The notes under the pieces were generated by a model. It was not told the origin of the DNA and did not search any database. It saw nothing but the letters and a program-made list of their open reading frames with translations. Of a stretch of 64,000 nucleotides of DNA, positions 37,703 to 48,137 are shown piece by piece. Made by a program: the position numbers and the translations under genes. How positions within the stretch are numbered: position 1 is the stretch's first letter; every line of letters starts with the position of its first letter. This DNA comes from Octopus sinensis (Eukaryota), in NCBI RefSeq assembly GCF_006345805.1, contig NC_042998.1, positions 121,954,001 to 122,018,000 on the forward strand, in the 5' to 3' direction.

Positions 37703-37918
37703 GCGGTGAGCTGGCAGAATCGTTAGCATGCTGGGCAAAATGCTTAGTGGCATTTCATCTGTCTTTACGTTCTGAGTTCAAATTCTACCGAGGTCAATTT
37801 TGCCTTTCATCTTTTCAGAGTCAACAAAATAAGTACCAATCAAGCAGTGGGGGTGATGTGATCGACTACCCACCTCTCCCACAATTTCAGGCCTTGTGCC
37901 TTTAGTAGAAAGGATTAT
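37703..37918 (+). mobile_element. Full-length tRNA-derived SINE family A (CORE-like; probably octopus OR-type)
   Basis: GGCGGTGAGCTGGCAGAATCGTTAGC (A box) ... GAGTTCAAATTC (B box) ... GCCTTTCATCTTTTCAGAGTCAACAAAATAAGTACC (CORE-like) ... GGCCTTGTGCC. Other copies at ~36480-36610, 44925-45070, 58262-58470, 60010-60215 and 61590-61790. The family name is from memory, not checked. Confidence 0.85.
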
Positions 37919-40439
37919 TTGTTATAATGCAGTTTTGTTAAAGATCTTTTGTAACTTAACAAATACAGTGGTCACTATATCTATTCCTTGGTTCATTTCT
38001 CATGCAATGATATGACTGCAGTTCATTTTGCAGCCTTTGAACATTTCTATAGAGTCAATGACAAGTCCAATGGTTTTGTTACTGAGTTTAACTATTACAT
38101 TACTGTTTCACAAACTGCCATTGGTAAGTCCGTTTCCCTAGCTTCACACTCCATCAATTTAGTAATTTCTTAAGGATGCTTAAGACTCAGGAAAGTCTAA
38201 AGCTGTCAGTTTTGAGCCTTTAAACTACAGAACAACACTTTATCTATGCTGTGATATTAGTATTAGCAGAGTGTTGTGTTGTTGATGAAAGATCTATAGT
38301 AAATTTGAAGTTCAAATAGATAGAAAGGTCTATGAGAAAACTGTCACCTCCTCTCATGAATCAGTTGCTTCAATTTATTGTTCTTCATCCTACTTATCAC
38401 ATTATCTCACCACAACTAAACTTCATCTAGAAATACATCATTCCTTCACTTCCTGCTGTCGTCTTTCAGATGCTTGATTTCTTGATTACATGTCTTCTGG
38501 CTACCAGTGTAGCTAATCTCCAACAGATTCTTTATAATTTACTATGGGAGAGAATTAGTCAAGAGAACAGACCTACAACAGTGTTTGATGTGACAATATA
38601 CTTGTGAAGTCTTCATCAACCCAAGAGAATGATTTCCTGTAAGAGGAGAGTTATTTCCGGTTCAGTTAACTACCCCAACATACACAGCAGTAAATCTTAT
38701 GAATCAGATATAAAGAGCAGTTGCCTAACCCTACCTTACCTATACCATCCTAATTGGTTGAGGTTTATTCTGACAGTCCTACATACATCAATATTTAACA
38801 CTTGTAAGACAGAGAAATAATAGGGAAGATTTAAGTCATCACTGACATCATCATCATCAATTACAATTTCACGCATGGTTAGCAGACGATACTGGATAAC
38901 AGTACAAGACTTGAAGAAAGATCTTTGCATGCTTTCTTGATATATATTGAAATATGACCATGCTGGGGAACCTCTTTGAAGGCTTTACTTGATCAAATCA
39001 ACAAACCCAGTATTTAAAAAAAATAAATTCAGTACTTACTCTATCAATCTCTTTTGCCAAACCATTAAGTTACAAGGATATAAACAAACCAACACCACTT
39101 GTCAAGCAGTGTTGGAAGAAAAACACAAAGACGCACACACATACAACAGGTCTTCACACAGTTTCCGACATTGAAATCCACTCACAAGGCACTGATAGAC
39201 CCAGGGCTATAGTAAAAGACACTTGACCAAGGTGCTGTGCAGTGGGACTGAACCCAAAACACATAGTTGCAAAGTGAGCTTCTTAACCACATAGCCAAAC
39301 CTATATATGTGTGTGTGTGTGTGTGTATATTTTGAAGTTGGTAATATATGTCATTATAGTTGTTTAGTTCCATGTCATCCTTCATACAACAGACCCTATG
39401 ATCAAGGTTATAGAAACCATGAACACTGTCTTTTTTCCAGACTACATCGTCCAATGTATTCTTTGCTTTTTAAAAAGATAGAAAGTGATTTGTGAGAACT
39501 TTAGGTGTTATTTCTAGCAGCTGAAGAGACTATATAGAGCTTTCTATTTTTCAAGCTTGTGGTAGTAAATGTTTGTGAGAAGAGTCTCTTAACATTACGT
39601 TTCGTCATAAAGATTGTGACTGCCGATATTATAAGGAAACCATCAGATGAAGATTCCTAAATTCATAAAAAGCAGTTAACATTTCTATTTTAATTATATT
39701 CAAACTTCAAATAAATTCCTTTGTCTGACTAATCTCAAGGAAAGCTGTTTTTTTTGTTTCATTATTTTCTTCAAAATAATAGAAATTAAGTTGATTGCTC
39801 TTCATCATGACGTTTAGTATGGGTTCTAATTTTTTTCTTTTGTCCTTATTTTACATTTTAGTAAAATCAGAAGAATTTCTAATTTTATGTCTTTTCTCTA
39901 AAATAATAATTCCACCACCAGTGATGGAATATTATATTCCATCTCTGGTGGTGGTGAAATTATTATTTAGAGAAATGATATAAAATTAGAAATTCTTCTA
40001 ATTTTAACGACTTTCCCCTCCCTGCTGTTGTCCCACCTCCACCTCAAAACAACAACAAACAAACCCTTCCAAAACAAGAACAAAAGCAACTCAAAATCCA
40101 CTAGATGTCATTATTTATTGGTTGTTCTTTGTTTTTGTTAAATGAAAGGTTTATTTTGGAACATTCCTTTGATATTGCCCAGCTAATTCATTGAAGGCCT
40201 GAAGTAGTTTAGCCCTAATTTTGTGATGGGCTAATTAGAACTGTTGATGATGGTATTCCCTTCATAGAGGCTTTCTTTGGCCTTATAGCTAGAGGTCCCT
40301 TGATTGAAGTGACAACAGCTCATTAGATGTACCTTTAATGTGGATTGAAACAGAAACAAATCAACAATAACCGGAAACAACAATAAAAAAATACTGGTCG
40401 ATTAGAGGTTGTAGTGAAATTTAATTGTAGAGAGGAAGG

Positions 40440-40560
40440 AGAGGAAGATGATGGGGAAGAGTAGAAGATGTAGTAGAAGAAGAAGAAGAAGAAGAAGAAG
40501 AAGAAGAAGAAAAAGAAGAAGAAGAGGAAGAAGACGAAGAATACAAGAGGATGACAAAAA
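40440..40560. repeat. (GAA)n-rich purine tract
   Basis: Direct reading. Confidence 0.9.
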
Positions 40561-43341
40561 TAGACAAGAGGTGGAGAGAAGAACAAGAAAAGAGAAAAGA
40601 AAATATATAAAAATAAGAGCGAAGACAAGAAATTGTAAAAATAAATCTAATTTTCTTGTCTTCTTTTCAGAGTTTCAGTGTAAAGAATAAAAACATTGGT
40701 GTTACAAAGTCACAGTTGGATGGCAGAGCACAAACATCCACACATTCATGCACTCAAGCATGCATACATAAACACTAAACACACACACACACACAGAGGG
40801 AATGGATTGTGGTATCTGTTCTGCTTATGTACATTTCATTGATGATACTATCTCTGACAGTATCAGCAATGGAAAAAAACCAATGGTAATATAGTTTCCA
40901 TGATTTGATTAGAAGATCAACCACGACCATGACCACGACCACCTCCACCACTACTACCACCATGACCACAATCATGATCTCCAACATGGTTTGGTTTTGT
41001 AGATGAAAATTCAGGGAGGGAGCAGCCTATGTCAGTTGCTTGCAGGTAGCTGACAAAACTTATATAGAAGCAGCAACCCTGACTGAAAGGAAAATTCTAT
41101 TTTGGATTTAGTACTTCTGTGTCCTAGTTCTTCCATCTCTTTGTTCCTAAAACCAGTGCTGCTTGCATTCTTGAAAGATATGGTGTCACCACTCTCTATT
41201 AAAATGACCGATGATTAAAGGTATTTAAGCCACAACAATACAACTGTGTCAGTACATAAATGTGGTCTTCTGGTGGACATTATCAAGAGGAAATATCAGC
41301 AAGAGATGACTGCGGTGGTTCCCTATCAATGTGATACATGACAGGTCAGAAGATCTTTATAACAAAACTTGTTGTTCATCCAAAAAGTGTTCCAGCAAAA
41401 ATGGAAAGAGAAAAAAATACGCTGACTCTACGCCAAGTTTATTGATCTGGCCAAAAAATTTGATATAAAAATATAATGAATGAAAGTATCAGGAAATCTA
41501 TCACTCCCTAAAGTTTGAATAGCAATGTAAAAAAACATAAGCATTTAATGTAAAGAGACCAGTGTTTAGCTCTGGTTTATAACATTTGAAATAAATAATT
41601 CCCCTTGTTCCCTTAATTTTCTTCAGTTAAAATTCCTAGATGATCTCTATTACCATCTGGTAAACGTTTATCAACAGCTAGGTACAACTGAGGTATGTAG
41701 GTTAAAGTTTACTACCCAAATACAAAAAAAAAATCCCTCCCAAACCCCAAAACAACAGACTTTGTTTACTCCCTCATATATATAGAACTGCACGACTTGT
41801 ATCGAAAAGGCCTTTTTGTTTATTGTCTTCTTATATTGAAATGGAATTTACAGGACTTACTATGTCAGATATTGATTCTATCACTACTGATACCAACATC
41901 TAAACCATTGTCTGCAATCCCACTGCAACTCTGGATACCATTTTAATAATCCCTTTTAATTACAAATGTTTACAAAGATACCCTACCCCACACCAGTAAA
42001 CCTAGGTTTTCACATTTGTTATTCTCTTGACATTATTTGTCTTTATTCTTTGCCTGTAAGGTGCCATGTGGAAGAAGACCCTAGAGATATGAGCCTTTGT
42101 AAAGACTCATAGCTTTTAGTAATGGTATCATTGAAGCTAAAAGATATTTCACTCAATGAGCATCTAATCTTTTCACTGGATTCTTTAGTCTCTTGGGTGA
42201 TGAGAAGCAGTATGATGGTTGATTTTCCTCTTACAAATAATCTTAGACCCTTTACAAAACAGATATTATATCAAAGTAGTGTTCTATGAACCATTTTATA
42301 ACAGATTTATACTTTTAATGATATAAAAAAAATGAAAATAAAAATCTCATTACAACAAACAGTGTATTGTAATTCCCAAACAGAAATTTCTCAACGATTA
42401 TATTTGCCAATGAATTCAATCTAATAGCCATCACAGAGTATTCAATAGTGCCACAAGTCATCACACAGCTATCAATAGGGCTAATAATCAGCATACAGTT
42501 ATCAGTAGTGCCCAGCTTTCGAAGAGAGTTTTCTTTTTTAATTGTCAGATCTATTTTATGTTTTAGCATGATTCGTGAGTGAAGAAAAGGAATTTAATCG
42601 AATTCTCAATAAAATTTCTCAACCACCATGTTTTCATAATCATACCTTAATTGATATTCTGGTTTCCTCACAGGACCTTAGATATATAATCAAATTCTTG
42701 ACAGCAAGACTTAATTTAAAACTCAAATACAAATTTAATTTCCCAGCTCTTTCAAAGTGTTGCATAACTGAAAAGGCAGATAAAAGAGCTTCCAAATTAA
42801 TAGGCAAACCATTCTGACTTCTGTGGTCAGTTTCACTCAACTGAGTTTATTACATGGCATCACTGGTGTTGTGAGGTTAATGTCAGTACTTGATGTGTAG
42901 CTTACCATCACTTTAGATTTATGGTTTACTTCTATTTTCTCTGCTGTTCAAGCCACCAGTAGACAAGGCTTGTAGAAACAATATGTCAAAAGTATAGTGT
43001 CCCTTTAGGGTGACAGTTCTTAAACATTAATATGATGATGGGTGCTGTTTTATTTATTAGATTTCCTCAGTGAAGTATATACAGTCTTATTAGAACTTGT
43101 CAGACCTTAGGTGACTGAAACTTTGTGTAAATAACATTCATAACAATAACCTCCAGTAAATCTTACAACATGCTTCTACTAGGCTTATTTTCAGTTGTCT
43201 TCTTGAGTGATGGAGAAAATGAATAATGAAAATCTGGAGTAAGAATTTTGAAATATTGAAATACTCCAGCAAACCTTGAAATGTAAATAAGGAGAGGGTT
43301 TGTTGAGGCAGATTGGATGCTACATTGAATTAATTGAGTGA

Positions 43342-43387
<46 letters not shown>

Positions 43388-43540
43388 TGACGTATTTTTG
43401 CCATTTCAATATGGCTAACCCCTAAGGGTGGATGCTACTGTAGTTTTTAGCCCCAGGAGGACACACTCCTCCAGCTGGCCATAGACACACTTTCTGTGTC
43501 CTGTCAGTATTTGCAAAGGGAAGTCATCCTTCCCGTCTTC

Positions 43541-43609
43541 AACTTATGATACACACGGACTCGAGTTTCGAGGTATTGACCTCTCGTCAGCGTGTGACAA
43601 TCATAGTTG
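43541..43609 (-). ncRNA. Type I hammerhead ribozyme (copy 1)
   Basis: Exact reverse complement of the + copies; cleavage after the C of GUC at 43558. Confidence 0.9.
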
Positions 43610-44195
43610 TCGCCGAGAATTAGATTTCCTTCACAAATACTTATACTTTTTCCAGCGCCCACTGTCGCTGATATTGAAAAAGTGAAATCAAACAATGATA
43701 AATATCAAAGTGAGTTATATACAGTAGCGGTAACACATCGTGACGTATTTTTGCCATTTCAATATGGCTAACCCCTAAGGGTGGATGCTACTGTAGTTTT
43801 TAGCCCCAGGAGGACACACTCCTCCAGCTGGCCATAGACACACTTTCTGTGTCCTGTCAGTATTTGCAAAGGGAAGTCATCCTTCCCGTCTTCAACGGGA
43901 AGGATGTTGAAGACGGGAAGGATGACTTCCCTTTGCAAATACTGACAGGACACAGAAAGTGTGTCTATGGCCAGCTGGAGGAGTGTGTCCTCCTGGGGCT
44001 AAAAACTACAGTAGCATCCACCCTTAGGGGTTAGCCATATTGAAATGGCAAAAATACGTCACGATGTGTTACCGCTACTGTATATAACTCACTTTGATAT
44101 TTATCATTGTTTGATTTCACTTTTTCAATATCAGCGACAGTGGGCGCTGGAAAAAGTATAAGTATTTGTGAAGGAAATCTAATTCTCGGCGACAA

Positions 44196-44261
44196 CTATG
44201 ATTGTCACACGCTGACGAGAGGTCAATACCTCGAAACTCGAGTCCGTGTGTATCATAAGTT
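44196..44261 (+). ncRNA. Type I hammerhead ribozyme (copy 2)
   Basis: CACACG-CTGACGA(44212-18)-GAGG-tcaata-CCTC-GAAA(44233-36)-CTCGAG-TC(44244)-CGTGTG. Stem I is extended by TATGAT/ATCATA across an internal loop. Confidence 0.92.
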
Positions 44262-44548
44262 GAAGACGGGAAGGATGACTTCCCTTTGCAAATACTGACA
44301 GGACACAGAAAGTGTGTCTATGGCTAGCTGGAGGAGTGTGTCCTCCTGGGGCTAAAAACTACAGTAGCATCCACCCTTAGGGGTTAGCCATATTGAAATG
44401 GCAAAAATACGTCACGATATGTTACCGCTACTGTATATAACTCACTTTGATATTTATCATTGTTTGATTTCACTTTTTCAATATCAGCGACAGTGGGCGC
44501 TGGAAAAAGTATAAGTATTTGTGAAGGAAATCTAATTCTCGGCGACAA

Positions 44549-44614
44549 CTATGATTGTCACACGCTGACGAGAGGTCAATACCTCGAAACTCGAGTCCGT
44601 GTGTATCATAAGTT
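44549..44614 (+). ncRNA. Type I hammerhead ribozyme (copy 3)
   Basis: Identical to copy 2, shifted by 353 bp; cleavage after C44597. Confidence 0.92.
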
Positions 44615-44811
44615 GAAGACGGGAAGGATGACTTCCCTTTGCAAATACTGACAGGACACAGAAAGTGTGTCTATGGCCAGCTGGAGGAGTGTGTCCTCCT
44701 GGGGCTAAAAACTACAGTAGCATCCACCCTTAGGGGTTAGCCATATTGAAATGGCAAAAATACGTCACGATGTGTTACCGCTACTGTATATAACTCACTT
44801 TGATATTTATC

Positions 44812-44847
<36 letters not shown>

Positions 44848-45399
44848 CATACATACATACATACAGAGAGAGAGAGAGAGGGGGGAGAGAGAGAGAGAGA
44901 GAGAGAGAATATGGCAGAGCCTTTAAAGCACTGAATAGAATGTGTTGTAATATTCTGCCTTTCTGTGCCCTGTCTTACAATTCCACCAAATTCAAGTTTG
45001 CCTTTCATCTTTTGGGGTTGATAAATAGATTACCAGTCCAACATTGGATTAGACCTCTCTCCTTTCATATCTAAAATATTCAGCTGGATCAAGAATGGGA
45101 GAGCCAAGGCTTGTTACCAAGCCATCCATGATTGTAAGTTATGGCCATATTAACTATGCCTGTCTTCCTGTTTATCTATCTATCCACACACACACATATA
45201 TTACTTGTTTCAGTCACTGGTCTGTGGCTATGCTGGGACACTGCCTCCTCCTCCTCCTTCTTAGTTTGGTGCTTATTCTGTCTCCTCTGCAAAACTATTA
45301 AGGTTGAAGTAAACAAGCCAAAACAAGTTGTAGACTGATAGGGTGGGGGGTTTAGATGGGGGTATAATAAACACAAAGACATGTGCACACATAGAAATG

Positions 45400-45710
45400 A
45401 TAGACACTCTGTCAGTTATGATGGCAAGAGTTCCAGCTGATCCAATAAGCAGAACAGCTGGCTTGTGAAATTAACATGCAAGTAGCTGAGCACTCCACAG
45501 ACACACATAGCCTTAACATAGTTCTCAGGAAGATTCAGCATGATACAAAAAGTGACAAGACTGTCCCTTTGAAATACAGGTACAACTCATTTCTGCCAGC
45601 TGAGTGCACCAAGTGTCTTGCTCAAGGACACAATGCACTGCCAGGAACCATATTCACAACTTAATGATCATGAGGTGAATACCCTAACCACTAAGCCATG
45701 TGCCTTCACC
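45400..45710 (-). mobile_element. tRNA-derived SINE (third family)
   Basis: Minus strand GAAGGCACATGGCTTAGTGGTTAGGG (A box) ... GTGTCCTTGAGCAAGACAC ... GTACCTGTATTTCAAAGGG. Confidence 0.7.
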
Positions 45711-45716
45711 TACATA

Positions 45717-45890
45717 TCTATTATATAAAATTCATTCTGTCTGTCTGTGTGTGTCTTCTAGGATCTCAGGCATCCTCCATCCGATTGCGCTCAAATTTGA
45801 TATGTAGATACTGACGGTATCAGGGCGTGTATAAGTCTTGAAAAAATTACAAAAATTTATTCCAGGTGAGAATGCGATCGATAAAGTCAT
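45717..45890 (+). mobile_element. Helitron-like 5' fragment
   Basis: A|TCTATTATATAAAATTC..(TCTG)n..CCGATTGCGCTCAAATTTG; no 3' CTAG end found. Confidence 0.55.
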
Positions 45891-47624
45891 TTTTGTCCTG
45901 CTTTTCTTCCGTCAACCTGTACATTCTTTGTTGTTTTTGCACTGCTTAAAGGCACATTTCTTTCCTGCCAAGCTTACTGTTTAAACCATGTTTGTGTTCT
46001 CCCAGTCAACAGCCTTATCATTACTGGTACCTAAAACTCTTCGGTTGCATATTTGTGTGAATAAAATTGTTTTTCTTTGGAATAGAAAAAAGTCTATCTT
46101 TATTTCTTCTTTTGCTGGTGCCTCAAATTTAGGTTAAATCAGTGTTTCTCAAAGGGGAGGCCTATGGGACAGTTGGACAAATTGTTTTGAGAAAATTTGG
46201 TTTAAATGTTTAAAAACTCAGCACCGTTCATTGGATGGGGGGCGTTTTGCTTGTATACATATATGATGGGCTTCCATATAGTTTTTGTCTACCAAATTCA
46301 CTCACAAAGTCCTACTTAGCGGGACTGAACTTGAAACGATGTGATGGTGAAGCAAACTTCTTAACCACACAACCATACATGTGCCTATATTTACTATCAT
46401 TATCATTTGTTTGTCTGTTTTTCCAATACTTGGGCTGGATGGGTTTTGTGTGTGTATGTGTATGTACACACACACACATGCACAAAAGATGTAAAATTTA
46501 ATAAAAAGTTGTGAATTATCTGATTTTCTTTGAATGTTTTATCTAAAGTTCCTTATTTTTGGGGTAGTTTTTCAAGCAATGCACCACTCAATATTTTTTC
46601 TTTTCTTCTGAATAAAGTAAAATTTAAAAACAAAAGAAACTGAAAGGAAAAAGAAAGTAAAGGAAGTTTTCTTGATAATTTCAGGCTCGTTTTCTTTTTC
46701 CTTTTATTTTCTTGAGAGAGCCAGTAAGTTAGGTAAATGTAAATTTCCGTAAGGTATTTCCTTATCAGATCAAAGATAATAATCGATATGTACAAACTGA
46801 TTACATTTCAGATAAACAGATAAATAATTACAAAAGGGAAAAAAAAAAATCTTAATAATGAATATGTAAAAGAAGAAAAATAAAATTAAAAATCAAATGG
46901 TAAAAATAAAGGAAAACAGAAAAGAAAATGCAGCAAGCAGACTTTTGACCTCCACCTGCCTACCAAAACATACTAATCACCTGTCTTTTTTTTTTTTTGG
47001 AAGAATTTAACATTTCAGATATTTCATCACAGTCTAAGCTGTGTTTGAAAGTAACATCTTTATATTTTCATTGTATCTTTATATTTTCATTTGTGATGAA
47101 TCAACAAAGTTTCTTTTTAGTAATGGCTAACTTAACACTAGTCACATGAAACTCACCAATATAGGAGTGTATACAAAGGTCATAAGTACCGACCTTTCTC
47201 ATCTGACTAAACATGTTAACAGAATAAAAAAAAAAAATAAAAAAATGTTTCTTAACCCACAAGGAGCTCTTAAAAACTGGTCTTAGAGATAAACATCAAT
47301 TTGGAAATGTGCCAGTCTAGTTTGAGTATGAATTCTTGATTTTCAACAACCTATTCCTATCAGTTAAAATTCATAGAAATAAAACAAAACACTAAGTGAT
47401 TTCCAATATATTGTAATGTAATATGTTTTAAGGATAACATTATGTCAAGTTATGTTGAAAGTAGCTTCATTAAGAGTGCTTCTTTTTAATATTTTTTTCT
47501 TTTTTTACTTGAAGCCATGTAAAGTATTCTAGAAGCAGAACTGTGGAGTGAATAACATTTTGGATTATTGAATTAATCACTCGTAGGTCCTGAGTTTAAA
47601 TCCACCCCAGATATTTATGTTATA

Positions 47625-48137
47625 CTAGCAATATCGCCCGGCGTTGCTCGGGTTTGTAAGGGAAATAACTATATAAGCATTTTTAGAGAGTTACTTCCCT
47701 TATAGATGCCAATTCGGGCTTTCTTAGCCATTTCTGTTTTGGTGTCTTCAAGCCATGAAGTCGTTGTTCTAAAAGAACGCTGGTCTCCTTGACAACACTT
47801 TATGACATTGATTTCCTTACACTCCCTTCCCCACAGCTTCACGAGGGAGGGAAGAAGGGGGAGAAGCAAACAGGTGCAGATGTGAGCGTGGACGCCAACT
47901 CCGCCGCCATCGACACATGAAAAATTATGCATTAAAATGGAATAAAAAATGATGTTAAATTATTTTTAAAATCGTAGACTCATCGTAGACGCGCGCTAAT
48001 AGCCAGACGGGCTCGATATGAATCACGACTATAAGATACCCGAATTTGGTTAAACTGCACCGCAAAATGTGGGAGCAGTTAGGAATCTAAATCGAAGGGG
48101 ACAGACACTCACACAACTACAGTTTTATATATATAGA
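47625..48137 (-). mobile_element. Non-autonomous Helitron (513 bp)
   Basis: Minus strand A|TCTATATATATAAAACTGTAG ... CCCGAGCAACGCCGGG hairpin ... CTAG|T. Confidence 0.88.

Larger units (their letters stand above)
43382..44814. mobile_element. Hammerhead-bearing 353-bp tandem/inverted array (retrozyme or Penelope pLTR-like), inserted in (TA)n
   Basis: Left arm 43382-43896 (~1.45 units, minus) mirrors 43906-44420 with 1 mismatch seen. The right arm continues to 44814 (~2.57 units). Period 353. (TA)n on both flanks. No credible ORF. Confidence 0.9.

Noticed and set aside
39596-39655. Minus-strand GTCA..TGAC-GAAA-CGT resembling a hammerhead 3' half
   Set aside because: No CUGANGA adjacent to the stem.
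43504-44651. Repeated 61-63 aa ORFs (MFDFTFSIS..., MSCQYLQRE...)
   Set aside because: They start at TTG/GTG-type codons, are short, have no recognisable domain, and simply mirror the 353-bp repeat; the sequence is better explained as structured RNA.
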